Of a stretch of 64,000 bases of DNA, positions 51,410 through 62,089 are shown piece after piece (the stretch's first letter is position 1; each line of letters opens with the position of its first letter). Source of the stretch: Gemmatimonadales bacterium (GTDB lineage Bacteria; Gemmatimonadota; Gemmatimonadetes; Gemmatimonadales; GWC2-71-9); contig JBBCJC010000001.1 of NCBI GenBank assembly GCA_037189525.1, forward strand, positions 224,001 to 288,000, in the 5' to 3' direction. Under the pieces are notes generated by a model. It was given only the letters and a program-made list of their open reading frames with translations. It did no database searches and was not told the DNA's origin. The position numbers were made by a program, and so were the translations under genes.

Positions 51410-53320
51410 TCAGCCCCGTGCCCACCTGCCGTGCCAATCGAGGAATACGAGAAGCGACCAGAGCGCCAGGCTGCGATGCTCCTCACCGGCCTGGAGCCGG
51501 TTCCACGCCTCCCGGCACCGTCCCGCATCCAGTAACTCCACCGCACCGAGCCGCTCCGACGCGAGCAGGTCGTCGCCCCATGACCGGAGCGGGCCACGCA
51601 ACCAGGCCGAGATCGGAACCGAGAAGCCCATCTTGGGGCGGTCGACCAGCGCCTGAGGGACCTTCCGATAGAGCACCTGTCGCAAGATCCACTTGGTCTG
51701 ATCGCCCCTGATCCTCATCGAGTCCGGCAGGGTCCAGGCAAACTCGGCCACCCGATGATCCAGGATGGGCGCTCTCGCCTCGAGACTGACCGCCATGCTG
51801 ACCCGGTCGACCTTGGCCAGCAAATCATCCGGCAGGTAGCTGCGCTGATCGGCCAACATCATGCGTCCCAGCAAGGTGTCAGGCCGCTGCCGCTCCATCG
51901 TCTCGACGAACAGCCCCGGCTCCTCGACTACGCCAGGCACCAGGCTGCCCGGGTCCTGCCACGCCGACAGCAAGCTGCGATAGGCATATCCTTCGGACGG
52001 TGCCGACAGGAACTCGCCCAGCTTGCGCAGCTTGCCGGTCCGCGAACGCAGGTCGCCGCCGGAACGCCCCATCATCCGAAGCATCCCGCCAACCGGACCC
52101 CGCAAGGCGCGCGGAACGTACTCGACCGCGTTGAGCAACCGCCGCCCGAAGCGGTAGCGGTTGTACCCGGCAAACAACTCATCGCCACCGTCGCCGGAGA
52201 GCGCGACCGTGACATCCTGTTTCGCCAGCTGGCAGACGAGAAAGGTGGGCAACTGCGACGGATCGGCCAGCGGCTCATCGAACCAGTCGGACAGCCGGGG
52301 AATCAGATCCAGCGTATCAGTCCCGGTCAGCCGCAGCGTGGTCTGATCGGTGCCCAGATGCTTGGCGACCGCCTCGGCGTGATGGACTTCGTCGTATTCC
52401 TTCTCTTCGAAACCGATGGTGTACGTCTTGACCGGGCGCGACAGCTGCTCCTGCATCAGCGCAACCACGGTGGACGAATCGATCCCGCCCGAGAGCAGCG
52501 CACCTAACGGCACGTCGGCATAGAGCCGCAGCTTGACCGCATCGGCCAGCAGCGCTTCGAGCCGATCGACCGCCTCGGTATCCGATCCCCGGAACGGCTG
52601 CGCTTCGCCCGCCTCGGCCACCGCTTCGAGCGACCAGTACCGCTCGGAGAGCGGGAGGGGCTGGTCGGGGTCGCGAATGGTGATCAACGCCCCCGGCTCG
52701 AGCTTCCGCACCCGGCGGTAGATCGATCGCGGCGCCGGCACATAGAGGTAACGCAGGTACTCGACCACGGCGGCGGGATCGATCGACCGGTCGAACGAGG
52801 GGCATGCCACCATCGCCTTGAGTTCCGAGCCCCACGAGATGTAGCCGGGCTCGGCATAGACGAAGAGCGGCTTCTTGCCGAGCCGGTCGCGGATCAGCGT
52901 CAGCTCGCGCTCGCGCCGATCCCAGAGCGACATCGCAAACATGCCCACGAAGCGGGGCAGCGCGGCCCGGACACCCCAGGCCTCGAACGCGGCCAGGATG
53001 ACCTCGGTGTCCGAGCCCCCCCGGAAGGTCGCGCCGAGCGCGGCCAGTTCCTCGCGCAGCGCGGCGTAGTTGTAGATCTCGCCGTTGAAGGCCAGGACGT
53101 ACCGGCCCGAGACGGACGCCATCGGCTGGTGGCCCAGCGGCGACAGATCGATGATAGAGAGGCGCCGGAATCCGAGGGCAATGCCCGATTCGGCGTCGAC
53201 GAAATGACCGCCGTCGTCCGGCCCGCGATGATGGATCGGTGCCATCATCGCGGACACGTCCGCGGTCATGCTCTCATCGGTTCGGGGGCGCGAAGTGAAA
53301 AAGCCGGTCAGGCCGCACAT
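51410..53320 (-). CDS. asnB: Asparagine synthase (glutamine-hydrolysing)-family amidotransferase
   Basis: N-terminal MCG, HRGPDD, RLSIIDL, NGEIYN, LSGGIDSS, SGDGGDELF, KVDRVSMAVSLEARAP. Confidence 0.93.
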   Translation of the reverse strand: MCGLTGFFTSRPRTDESMTADVSAMMAPIHHRGPDDGGHFVDAESGIALGFRRLSIIDLSPLGHQPMASVSGRYVLAFNGEIYNYAALREELAALGATFRGGSDTEVILAAFEAWGVRAALPRFVGMFAMSLWDRRERELTLIRDRLGKKPLFVYAEPGYISWGSELKAMVACPSFDRSIDPAAVVEYLRYLYVPAPRSIYRRVRKLEPGALITIRDPDQPLPLSERYWSLEAVAEAGEAQPFRGSDTEAVDRLEALLADAVKLRLYADVPLGALLSGGIDSSTVVALMQEQLSRPVKTYTIGFEEKEYDEVHHAEAVAKHLGTDQTTLRLTGTDTLDLIPRLSDWFDEPLADPSQLPTFLVCQLAKQDVTVALSGDGGDELFAGYNRYRFGRRLLNAVEYVPRALRGPVGGMLRMMGRSGGDLRSRTGKLRKLGEFLSAPSEGYAYRSLLSAWQDPGSLVPGVVEEPGLFVETMERQRPDTLLGRMMLADQRSYLPDDLLAKVDRVSMAVSLEARAPILDHRVAEFAWTLPDSMRIRGDQTKWILRQVLYRKVPQALVDRPKMGFSVPISAWLRGPLRSWGDDLLASERLGAVELLDAGRCREAWNRLQAGEEHRSLALWSLLVFLDWHGRWARG

Positions 53321-53333
53321 TGCGTGATGCGAT

Positions 53334-53882
53334 TTACCCCGCCAACGCGCGCAGTGCGTCGGCTCCGTAGAAGAGGCGAATGTACTTCGCCTGCGTGGCC
53401 GTGAGCCGGCGCACCGCCCACGACAGATGAACGAAGTGCGGCTCCATCGGCTCGTGCATCGGCTGCATCCCGCACTCGTCGGGCAGGCGATTCCCCTTCT
53501 TCGTGTTGCAGGTGCTGCAGGCCGTCACCACGTTGTGCCACTCGTTGCCGCCACCGCGCGAAATCGGAATCAGGTGATCCCGCGTCAGGCATTCACGCAT
53601 CCGCAACTCGTGCTGGGTCCGGGCGCAGTACTGACAGGTGTAGTCGTCGCGCGCAAAGAGGAACGTGTTGGTGACCTGACGGCGGAACTTCCGGGGAACG
53701 TGCACGAACTTGACCAGCCGGATGATCGCCGGTTTGGGAAGTGCGAGCCTCGCACTCCGCATCTCTTCCCCATGCTCCGCCTCGACGATCTCGGCTTTGC
53801 CGTCGATCACCAGGCGCAGGGCCCGCCGGAGCGGGACCATCGTCAGGGGTTCAAAAGATGCGTTGAGCGCGAGGCACCGCAC
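53334..53882 (-). CDS. HNH endonuclease (McrA-like)
   Basis: Motifs LNASFEPL, RDDYTCQYC, DHLIPISRGG, NVVTACSTCNTKKG. Confidence 0.9.
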   Translation of the reverse strand: MRCLALNASFEPLTMVPLRRALRLVIDGKAEIVEAEHGEEMRSARLALPKPAIIRLVKFVHVPRKFRRQVTNTFLFARDDYTCQYCARTQHELRMRECLTRDHLIPISRGGGNEWHNVVTACSTCNTKKGNRLPDECGMQPMHEPMEPHFVHLSWAVRRLTATQAKYIRLFYGADALRALAG

Positions 53883-53985
53883 CGCTCACTCCGCGAAAAG
53901 AGGTATCCCACCAAGCTAGAAACGGACCCTGGCTCGAATCAAGCCTGATCGGCCAACCGTCTGCAACGAGCAGGTCACCAGCCGT

Positions 53986-55239
53986 TCACGCGGACCGGTA
54001 CACCATCCTGCCCGAGGCAAAAGTCGCCGCGACCGATTTTGCTTCAGCCGCCAGGACCAACTCTTCAACTAAATCAGGGTCACCCGCTTCCGAAAGCCTG
54101 ACCGCCGCGATGTCGCCAAAGCGGCCAGGGGTGAGCGCCCCGCGCTCGGCGGCCATCCCGGCCAATTGCGCCCCGATCAGGGTCCCATGCCGGAGGGTTT
54201 CCCGCGCCGATGTGCCGAAGAGGGCGCGGGCGGCGCGCAACTCGGCAAACATGTCGAGTGCCCCGACGCTCACCACGGAATCGGTCCCCACACCGACGGT
54301 GAGCCCGGCAGCGACCAGGGCGGCACTATCCGCATCGCCGTGGCCATGGCGGCGGTTGGAAACGGGACAGTGGGCAATGCCGACGCGCCGCGCGGCCAAC
54401 ACCTCGCGGTCGGAGGCGTCGAGTTGGACCGTATGGATGCAGAGGGTGGTGGGACCGAGCACGCCGTGCGCCTCCAGCCAGGCCACCGGCGATCGCCGCG
54501 CCGAGTCTGGGGTACTCCCTTGCTGCGCAAGCGGGGGAATGCCCCGAGCGCGCCAGGCATCGGCAAAGGGGCCTTGATCTTCACGGACGAAGCGGCTTTC
54601 GGCAGGTGACTCGGCCAGGTGGACCGCGATCGGCAGCCCGCGTTGCGCAGCAAGCTGAGCCGCGGCCCGGTAGAGCGGCCCGCTCACCGTGTATGGCGCG
54701 TGGGGCGACAGGCCGAGCCGGACCCGGTCGGAACACCAAGGAAGCTGGCGATCGAGCGCGGCTTCGAGTCCCGCTATGCTAGCTGCGCACTGCGCCGGAT
54801 CGGGTCCGAACACTTCCTGATAGGCAACGCCGGCTCCACCCAGCTCATCGAGCGCAGGCAGCACCGCGCCGGAGTCGCCGGTATCGAGGACCAGGGTGAT
54901 CCCGGCGGCAAAGGCATCCCGGACGCCCTGGCGCGCCGCGGCCCGGAACCAGTCGGGCGAGAGCCCCGCTTTGAGCTCGCGCACGCCGCGAATCCAGCGG
55001 GTGAAGTCGTCTTCCTCGACCTGGCCGTGGAGGCCGGTGAGTTCCAGATGAGTGTGGGCGTTGACCAGGCCGGGAATCAGGGCCGTCCCGGGCAGCGCGA
55101 TCTCGGCAATTCCGGGAGGGGTGGGAACTTCGGCACTCGGACCCAGCGCGGCAATCCGACCGGACGCCTCGAGCAGCACCGCGGCCCCGGCGACGGGCGG
55201 ACCGTCCAGGGTCACGAGCCAATCCGCCGTCACGCGCAT
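53986..55239 (-). CDS. Metal-dependent amidohydrolase (TRZ/ATZ/deaminase-like)
   Basis: Motifs PGLVNAHTHLE, SPHAPY, HLAES, HCPVSN, GTDS. Start approximated at ATG 55239. Confidence 0.88.
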   Translation of the reverse strand: MRVTADWLVTLDGPPVAGAAVLLEASGRIAALGPSAEVPTPPGIAEIALPGTALIPGLVNAHTHLELTGLHGQVEEDDFTRWIRGVRELKAGLSPDWFRAAARQGVRDAFAAGITLVLDTGDSGAVLPALDELGGAGVAYQEVFGPDPAQCAASIAGLEAALDRQLPWCSDRVRLGLSPHAPYTVSGPLYRAAAQLAAQRGLPIAVHLAESPAESRFVREDQGPFADAWRARGIPPLAQQGSTPDSARRSPVAWLEAHGVLGPTTLCIHTVQLDASDREVLAARRVGIAHCPVSNRRHGHGDADSAALVAAGLTVGVGTDSVVSVGALDMFAELRAARALFGTSARETLRHGTLIGAQLAGMAAERGALTPGRFGDIAAVRLSEAGDPDLVEELVLAAEAKSVAATFASGRMVYRSA

Positions 55240-55259
55240 CGGCGGCTCCGATGATACGG

Positions 55260-57419
55260 TCAATGACTTTCGTCCGGCTCGGCCTGCGGCGGGCGATGGC
55301 CACCATGAATGGGACAGCGCTCGGTCGGCTCGGTCCCCGGCACGTAGTACTCCGGACCAACCGACCTGGGCGGGCACATCGGTGTTGCCAGATAGCCGGT
55401 GGAGCGGTCGATGCTCATGGTCACCACGCCCTCGGGCATCTGCCAGGGCGTCGGCGCCCGGCGCCGCTCGTAGACCTCTTTCATCATCAGCGCCCACGCC
55501 GGCGCGGCGAGCCGGCCGCCCTGCGCGTTGCCCATGATGACCTGCTTCTTGTCGAAGCCCATCCAGACGCCGGTAACCAGATCGGGCGTGAACCCGATGA
55601 ACCAGACGTCCATGCCGTCGTTGGTGGTGCCGGTCTTCCCGCCGGCGGGCAGGTTGATCCCGACGCGAGGCATCATGCCTTGCGCCGTGCCTTTGCGGAC
55701 CACATCGCGAAGTCCGTCGAGGACGAGCCAGGCCTGCTCCGGTTCCATGATCCGGGTCTGCTTGGTCTCCGGCTGCCAGAGGATGTTGCCGTTGGCGTCT
55801 TCGACCCGCGTGATGGCGGTCGGCGGCACCCGCACGCCCATGTTGGCAAAGGTACCGAAGGCGGAGGTGATCTCGAGCGGCGTCACTTCGGAAGCGCCGA
55901 TGAAGATCGAGGGGACTCGGGGAATCCGCCGTACGATGCCCGTCATGGCCGCTTCACGCACCACTGCTTCGATCCCGACATCGAGGCCGACTTTGACGGC
56001 CACGGTGTTGCGGGAATCATAGAGCGCCTCGCGCATGCTGAGCGGGCCCCGGAACTTGAGATCGTAGTTCTTGGGCGCCCAGGCCGGCTGGTCGGGAATT
56101 TCGACCTCGACCGGCGAGTCCTCGTAGATGTCGCTCATCCGGTAGCCGGCGCGGATGGCAGCGGCGTAGACGAACGGCTTGAAGGTCGAGCCCGCCTGGC
56201 GCTCGGCCTGCGTAGCGCGGTTGTATTTGGAATCGCCGAAATCACGACCGCCGACGAGCGCGCGGATGTATCCCGTCTTGACTTCGATCGTGACAATGGA
56301 GCCCTGGAGATAGGGCGAGAACGGGCCCTGGCTTTCCTCGTCGACCTCACCGTCGCGCTGATCGAGGTATTCGCGGAAGGTCTGGTGGCGGAACCGGCCG
56401 TACTCGGTCCCGGACTCGATCTTAGCCAGCTGCGCTTCGAGCGCCCGCTCGGCCGCCTGCTGCATGTCGAGGTCGAGCGTGGTGTAGACCCGGAGGCCGG
56501 ACCGATAGAGATCGCCGCCGAACCGGGCCTGCAACAGCTGGCGGGCATATTCGACGAAGTAGTCGCCCACCCCGGTAAAGTCCGACCGCGACGACAGCGC
56601 GAGCGGGTAGGCTTTCCACGCCTCGGCCGACTCACGCGACAGCTTGGACTGGTCGCGGAGCAGATTGATGATCAGGTTCCGCCGCTGCACGTTGAGCGAC
56701 GGGTTCCGCCGCGGATTGTAGCGGGTGGGGCCTTTCGGAATCGCGGCGAGCGACGCGGCCTCGGCCACGTTGAGCGCCCGGGCCGACTTGCCGAAGTACC
56801 GGAGCGACGCGGCCTCGACGCCGTAGGCCCCGTTGCCGAGATTGATCTGATTGAGATAGAGCTCGAGGATCTTCTGCTTCGGATAGCGGCGCTCGATGTC
56901 CATGGCGACACGCATCTCGCGCAGCTTGCGGGTCAGGCCGCGGAACCCGCTCCGCTGGGTCCGGTCGATCATCTCGGGCCAGAGATTCCCGGCCAGCTGC
57001 ATGGTCACCGTCGAAAAACCTTGGAGCCGCTGCCCGCTCAGGACCGCCTTGATGGCGCCGAAGATGCGGACCCAGTCGATCCCGCCATGCTCGTAAAATC
57101 GGCGGTCTTCCGTGCTCAGGAAGGCCGCGATGACGGCGGGAGACATCTGTTCGAGTGGGACTACCGTCCGCCGCTGGAGGCCGAAATCCGTCACCAGCCG
57201 CCCATCGGCGGCATAGACCTTGGAGGCCTGGTCCGGATCATAGGTCTCGAGGCTGGCGATCGAGGGGCACGAATCGACCGGCCCGCAGACGTTGAACCAG
57301 GCACCTACCAGGAGGGCAATACCAAAGACGCCCAACGCGCCGATGGAGAGCAACACCCGGAATCGGACTTTGGGCGTTTTCCACCAGCCGAAGAGTCCCT
57401 TGAACGACCAACGAGCCAT
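55260..57419 (-). CDS. Class A penicillin-binding protein (PBP1A family)
   Basis: Transglycosylase EDRRFYEHGG, STVTMQL, RKLRE, LYLN. Transpeptidase STFK, SRN, KTGT. Confidence 0.95.
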   Translation of the reverse strand: MARWSFKGLFGWWKTPKVRFRVLLSIGALGVFGIALLVGAWFNVCGPVDSCPSIASLETYDPDQASKVYAADGRLVTDFGLQRRTVVPLEQMSPAVIAAFLSTEDRRFYEHGGIDWVRIFGAIKAVLSGQRLQGFSTVTMQLAGNLWPEMIDRTQRSGFRGLTRKLREMRVAMDIERRYPKQKILELYLNQINLGNGAYGVEAASLRYFGKSARALNVAEAASLAAIPKGPTRYNPRRNPSLNVQRRNLIINLLRDQSKLSRESAEAWKAYPLALSSRSDFTGVGDYFVEYARQLLQARFGGDLYRSGLRVYTTLDLDMQQAAERALEAQLAKIESGTEYGRFRHQTFREYLDQRDGEVDEESQGPFSPYLQGSIVTIEVKTGYIRALVGGRDFGDSKYNRATQAERQAGSTFKPFVYAAAIRAGYRMSDIYEDSPVEVEIPDQPAWAPKNYDLKFRGPLSMREALYDSRNTVAVKVGLDVGIEAVVREAAMTGIVRRIPRVPSIFIGASEVTPLEITSAFGTFANMGVRVPPTAITRVEDANGNILWQPETKQTRIMEPEQAWLVLDGLRDVVRKGTAQGMMPRVGINLPAGGKTGTTNDGMDVWFIGFTPDLVTGVWMGFDKKQVIMGNAQGGRLAAPAWALMMKEVYERRRAPTPWQMPEGVVTMSIDRSTGYLATPMCPPRSVGPEYYVPGTEPTERCPIHGGHRPPQAEPDESH

Positions 57420-57500
57420 ACCGAGAAGCTAATCAGACAGCGGGACCGGGGGAACGAACCGCTTCCGCCGTTCTCGCCCGCCCGCTAGTTTGCCGACCCT

Positions 57501-58766
57501 ATGTCGAATCTCGTCACCACTCTGCGTGACCGGGGGCTTCTGCAGGACGTGACCCCCGGCCTGGAAGCGCGCCTCGCTCAGGGCCCGGTTACGGGCTACG
57601 TCGGGTTCGATCCGACGGCCGACTCGCTGCACGTCGGCAACCTCGTCCCGGTGATGGGCCTGGTCTGGCTCCAGCGCCTGGGCGGCCGGCCGATTGCGCT
57701 GGTGGGCGGCGGCACCGGAATGGTGGGCGACCCGAGCGGCAAGCGGAGCGAGCGGCCGATGCTCTCGCTCGACCAGGTTCGGGCCAATGCAGCGGCCATC
57801 GGCAAGCAGTTGGAGAAGTTCCTCGACTTCGACGACGAGACCGGCGCCCGGCTCCTCAACAACGCCGACTGGCTGGCGGACCTGCCGCTGCTCGCCTTTC
57901 TGCGCGATGCCGGCAAGCACTTCACGATCAACTACATGTTGCAGAAGGACTCGGTCAAGAGCCGCCTGGAGGCGGGGATTTCCTTTACCGAGTTCACCTA
58001 CATGCTGATCCAGGCCTACGACTTCTGGCATCTGCATCGGACCACCGGTTGCGCGCTGCAGCTGGGCGGCAGCGATCAGTGGGGCAACATCACGGCGGGC
58101 GTCGAGCTGATCGGTCGCAAAGAGAGCGCCGATGCGCATGGCCTGGTGCTGCCACTCCTGACCACGGCGAGCGGGGCCAAGTTCGGCAAGAGCGAAGGGG
58201 GCAACGTCTGGCTCGATCCGGCCAAGACGTCGCCGTACAAGTTCTTCCAGTTCTGGCTCAATGCGGAGGATGCGGACGTCGACCGCCTGCTCCGGACCTT
58301 CACGACCGTGTCGCTCGAGGAGATCGCAGCGGTCCTGGCTACGCACACGGCCGATCCCGGCAAGCGGACGGCGCAGCGGTTTCTGGCGCGGGACGTGACC
58401 AGCCGCATCCATGGCGCCGAGACGACGGAGCGGGTCATCGCAGCAAGCGAGGTCCTGTTCGGGGGCATCCCGCTCGCGAGTGCCGACGTGCAGACGCTCG
58501 AGATCGTTGCCGGAGAAGTGCCCACCATCGCGGTGGCGCGCGACCGTCTGGCCGGCTGGATCGGGGTGGTCGATGCGCTGGTGGAAACCGGCCTGGCCGC
58601 ATCCAAGGCCGAAGCCCGGCGCGGTATTCAGGGCCAGGGATTCTCGGTCAATGGCGTCAAGATCGCGGGCGCCGAGCAGACTCTGGGCGTAGACGACCTG
58701 CTGGCGGGCCGGTTCGTCGCTCTGCAGAAGGGGCGCCGCTCCTACGCGTTCCTCGACATCGGGTAA
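57501..58766 (+). CDS. tyrS: Tyrosine--tRNA ligase
   Basis: [13 protein letters not shown] (HIGH), [16 protein letters not shown] (KMSKS) and a C-terminal S4-like domain. Confidence 0.97.
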   Translation: MSNLVTTLRDRGLLQDVTPGLEARLAQGPVTGYVGFDPTADSLHVGNLVPVMGLVWLQRLGGRPIALVGGGTGMVGDPSGKRSERPMLSLDQVRANAAAIGKQLEKFLDFDDETGARLLNNADWLADLPLLAFLRDAGKHFTINYMLQKDSVKSRLEAGISFTEFTYMLIQAYDFWHLHRTTGCALQLGGSDQWGNITAGVELIGRKESADAHGLVLPLLTTASGAKFGKSEGGNVWLDPAKTSPYKFFQFWLNAEDADVDRLLRTFTTVSLEEIAAVLATHTADPGKRTAQRFLARDVTSRIHGAETTERVIAASEVLFGGIPLASADVQTLEIVAGEVPTIAVARDRLAGWIGVVDALVETGLAASKAEARRGIQGQGFSVNGVKIAGAEQTLGVDDLLAGRFVALQKGRRSYAFLDIG

Positions 58767-58794
58767 CAGAATCCGGAGTTAATCAGTCGGGCTA

Positions 58795-58823
58795 TTGCCG
58801 GTCCCGCGCGTCGGAGATACATT
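58795..58823 (+). promoter_or_regulatory. Candidate sigma-70 promoter for mscL
   Basis: TTGCCG-N17-TACATT, followed by a 10-bp stem GCTCGCGAGT/ACTCGCGAGC (58827-58850). Confidence 0.45.
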
Positions 58824-58897
58824 CGCGCTCGCGAGTCCCAACTCGCGAGCAGAGCACCACCCTCCTCAATTCACCACTCAATAGTACGGAGCGGACC

Positions 58898-59209
58898 ATG
58901 GGTAAAGAGTTCATGGCGTTCATGAAGCAGTACGGTGTCATCGGCTTGGCCCTCGGCGTCATCATCGGCGGCAAGGTCGGTGCGGTGGTGAGCTCGCTGG
59001 TCGACGGCATCATCATGCCGTTGGTGGGTCTGGTCGTGCCGGGCGGCGACTGGCGCGAGGCCGGGTTTCATCTCATCCCCGGAAACGATGCATCGCTGAT
59101 CAAACTGGGCGCCTTTGCCGGGTCGCTGCTCGACTTCCTGATCGTGGCCTTCCTGGTGTTCTGGTTTGCCAAGAAGGTGCTGCGTGAAGAAGAGGTGGCG
59201 AAGAAGTAG
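58898..59209 (+). CDS. mscL: Large-conductance mechanosensitive channel
   Basis: MGKEFMAFMKQYGVIGLALGVIIGG...SLVDGIIMP...GAFAGSLLDFLIVAFLVF. Real start is ATG 58898. Confidence 0.92.
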   Translation: MGKEFMAFMKQYGVIGLALGVIIGGKVGAVVSSLVDGIIMPLVGLVVPGGDWREAGFHLIPGNDASLIKLGAFAGSLLDFLIVAFLVFWFAKKVLREEEVAKK

Positions 59210-59229
59210 TCTGTAATCCGCATGAACAC

Positions 59230-59272
59230 GCGGGAGATTCGGCATTCGGGCCGAACCTCCCGCATCGTTTTT
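59230..59272 (+). terminator. Rho-independent terminator between convergent genes
   Basis: Stem GCGGGAG-A-TTCGGC/GCCGAA-C-CTCCCGC followed by ATCGTTTTT. Confidence 0.7.
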
Positions 59273-60834
59273 CAGCGACGGCGTTTCGTGGTACTGGGTG
59301 GACGGGTGCCCAGCATGCCGAAGACGCCGCGGACCAGCTCCCGGCCCAGCGAACGCGCCACCGTGGTCGTGAAGGCGCCGGCTACCGCGCCGCCGATGGC
59401 CGCTGCCCATCCCTTCCCCGCCTTCCGGCTGGCGGGCGCGCGCGCCGGCTCCCGGGACGGTCCGCTCGGCGGGGCAGGTTCCGGCGCGCTGGCCGCCATC
59501 CGCTTGGCGAGCATCTCATAGGCGCTTTCGCGGTTGATGGCCGTTCCATACTCCCGCATCAGGTCCGACTCCTCCAGCTCCCGGCGATACTCCTCCGCCG
59601 TCAGCGGCGACATACGCGACGTGGGCGCCACCAGACGGGTAGCGGCCACCGGTGTCGGCACCCCGCGCTGATCGAGACCGGTCACGATTGCCTCCCCGAT
59701 GCCGAGCGAGGTCAGCACGGTCTGCAGATCGTAGAAGGCGGTTTTCGGGAAGGTCCGCACCGTGGCCCGGAGCGACGCCTCGTCGTCGGGCGTATGGGCC
59801 CGAAGCGCGTGCTGGACCCGATTCGAAAGCTGCGCAAGGACGGTATCGGGCACATCCTTGGGAGTCTGCGTCACGAAGAAGACGCCGACACCCTTGGACC
59901 GAATCATCCGGACGACCTGCTCGACCTGGGCCAGGAACGCCTTCGATGCCCCCCGGAAGAGGAAGTGGGCTTCGTCGAAGAAGAACACCAGCTTGGGCTT
60001 GGGCAGGTCACCGGCTTCGGGAAGATTCTGAAACAGCTCGGCCAGGAGCCACATCATGAAGGTCGAGAAGAGCGCCGGCTTGTCCTGGCAATCCGCCAGC
60101 TGCAGGCAGGTGATGGTGCCCTGGCCGTTGCGATCGACGTGCAACAGGTCCCGCACGTCGAATTCAGGTTCGCCGAAGAACTGCTGGGCGCCCTGCTGCT
60201 CGAGTTCGACCATCTTGCGGAGCAACACGCCCACCGTGGCTCCCGACATGCCGCCGTACTCCTCCCGCACCGCCTTCCCGTCGTCGCTCGACAGGTAGCG
60301 CAGCACGGCGCGGAGATCATCGAAATCGAGCAGCGGCAGCGCCTGGTCGTCACAAGCTTTGAAGACCATGGCCAGCACACTGGCCTGGGTTTCGTTGAGT
60401 CCCAGCACCTTGCTCAGCAAGAGCGGTCCGAACCCGCTGACCGTAGCGCGGAGTTGCACCCCGTTGGCCCCGGTCAGACTGACCAGTTCCACCGGCGCGG
60501 CTCGCGGTTCCCACGGCACGCCCACCGCGGCCGCGCGCTCGGCGATCTTCGCGTTCGGCTCACCGGGCGCCGCCAGGCCAGTGAGGTCGCCCTTGAGGTC
60601 CGCGACGAACACGGGAACGCCCTGCGCCGAGAGCTGCTCCGCAATCAGCTGAAGCGTTTTGGTTTTGCCGGTACCGGTGGCGCCGGCAATCAGGCCGTGC
60701 CGATTCATCATGCCCAGCGGAATGGCCACCTTCGGCTCCGGCAGGACGTGCTGCCCATCGAGCGGGGCGCCCAGCACTACTCTCGGTCCGTCGAATCCAT
60801 ACCCTGCGAGCAAGGCGTCCTGCAGTGTCGCCAT
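59272..60834 (-). CDS. DUF853/YjgR-family HerA-like ATPase
   Basis: Motifs NRHGLIAGATGTGKT, DLKGDL, FFDEAH, IRSKGVG, NRVQHALRA. Confidence 0.92.
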   Translation of the reverse strand: MATLQDALLAGYGFDGPRVVLGAPLDGQHVLPEPKVAIPLGMMNRHGLIAGATGTGKTKTLQLIAEQLSAQGVPVFVADLKGDLTGLAAPGEPNAKIAERAAAVGVPWEPRAAPVELVSLTGANGVQLRATVSGFGPLLLSKVLGLNETQASVLAMVFKACDDQALPLLDFDDLRAVLRYLSSDDGKAVREEYGGMSGATVGVLLRKMVELEQQGAQQFFGEPEFDVRDLLHVDRNGQGTITCLQLADCQDKPALFSTFMMWLLAELFQNLPEAGDLPKPKLVFFFDEAHFLFRGASKAFLAQVEQVVRMIRSKGVGVFFVTQTPKDVPDTVLAQLSNRVQHALRAHTPDDEASLRATVRTFPKTAFYDLQTVLTSLGIGEAIVTGLDQRGVPTPVAATRLVAPTSRMSPLTAEEYRRELEESDLMREYGTAINRESAYEMLAKRMAASAPEPAPPSGPSREPARAPASRKAGKGWAAAIGGAVAGAFTTTVARSLGRELVRGVFGMLGTRPPSTTKRRR

Positions 60835-60853
60835 GACTGGCTCCCTTTCTTTC

Positions 60854-62041
60854 TCAGACCAGACGATCGAGCAACGCGATCAGACGCCCGACCTCGTCGG
60901 CCGAATTGTAGCAGTGCGGGCTGACCCGAATCATTCCTTCGCGGAGCGATACGACGACCCCGTGCGCCTTGAGCTCCGCATGCACCCGGGCAGCATCGGG
61001 CAGAGCCAGCGACACGATCCCCGTGCCCCGCGAGCCCGTCGCCGACCCGACTCGAACGCCGCGATTCTCGGCCCAGGCCAGGAGCGGCTGGTTGAGGCTG
61101 CGCAGGTGGCGAGTAATCGCATCGATGCCGAGTTCGCCCAACAACTCGAGCGACGCATTCATGCCGACGAAATCCTGAAACGGCAGCGTGATGACCTCGA
61201 ACCGCCGGGCATCGCGTCGCCAGTCCGCCGGATACGCGGTCATGGTCGCAAAATCGTCGGTACCTTCGAACGCCGTCCATCCCACTACCGGCGGGTTCAG
61301 GCGCTCGATCAGGTCCGATCGCACATAGGTAAAGCCCGACCCCCACGGCGACAGCAGCCATTTCTGCGCACCGCACGCGAGAATATCCACCGGGGTGGCC
61401 CCCACATCGAACGGCACCTGTCCCAGGCCCTGGATCGCATCCACCACGAACCAGGCGCCCGCAGCCCGCACGGCCGCGCCGAGCCGGCCGATATCGGCGA
61501 GGTAGCCGGTGTGAAATTGCACCAGAGACAGGGCCAGCACCTTGACGCGCGGGTCTTCGAGCCGGGCCAATATTCGCGCCTCGTCCGGCCAGCCCTCCGG
61601 CGTGAGCGGCACCAGTTCGAGCACGGCGCCTCGCCGTGACTGTTCGCGCCAGGGAAAGACATTGGCGGGGAACTCGCCGTGGCTCACCAGGATGATGTCA
61701 CCGGCTTCGAGCGGGATGGCCTGGGCGGCGAGGTTGATTCCGGCACTGGTGTTGGTGGCCAGCGCGATTTCCGAGGGTGTAGCCCCGATCAACTCCGCCG
61801 CCAGCGCCCGCGACCGCGCGAAGACGCCGAACAGGTGCTCCTCGGACAGCCGGTACGCCTCCGCGCGAACGCGATTGTATTCCTCGAGGCGCCGGCGGGT
61901 CCGTTCGGGCAGCGGGCCGATCGAGGCGTGATCGAGATAGATCGCGCGATCGGCCCAGGGGAACTCCTCCCGGCGGAGCGCCTCCACGTCGAAATGGCGG
62001 GCAGTGTCGCCGGCCACTGCCAGCGCAATATCAGAACTCAC
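60854..62041 (-). CDS. Class V PLP-dependent aminotransferase-fold enzyme
   Basis: Motifs YLDHAS, NTSAG, EFPAN, VDAIQ, GAQKWL, IRVSPHCYN. Probable GTG start at 62041. Confidence 0.88.
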   Translation of the reverse strand: MSSDIALAVAGDTARHFDVEALRREEFPWADRAIYLDHASIGPLPERTRRRLEEYNRVRAEAYRLSEEHLFGVFARSRALAAELIGATPSEIALATNTSAGINLAAQAIPLEAGDIILVSHGEFPANVFPWREQSRRGAVLELVPLTPEGWPDEARILARLEDPRVKVLALSLVQFHTGYLADIGRLGAAVRAAGAWFVVDAIQGLGQVPFDVGATPVDILACGAQKWLLSPWGSGFTYVRSDLIERLNPPVVGWTAFEGTDDFATMTAYPADWRRDARRFEVITLPFQDFVGMNASLELLGELGIDAITRHLRSLNQPLLAWAENRGVRVGSATGSRGTGIVSLALPDAARVHAELKAHGVVVSLREGMIRVSPHCYNSADEVGRLIALLDRLV

Positions 62042-62089
62042 GATGCCGTCCAGGTATGAGGGGACGAACGATGCCGATAATATCCTAGC

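Noticed and set aside
53334..53882. HNH nuclease as a defence system or mobile element
   Set aside because: A stand-alone small HNH among housekeeping genes, with no methylase, integrase or flanking repeats.
59272..60834. HerA-based anti-phage system
   Set aside because: It matches the common stand-alone DUF853/YjgR type, with no adjacent NurA, SIR2 or nuclease partner.
60854..62041. Cysteine desulfurase supplying sulfur to the neighbouring ferredoxin fusion
   Set aside because: The NifS (SSGSAC) and SufS (RxGHHC) catalytic-cysteine loops are not evident, so only a class V fold can be claimed.
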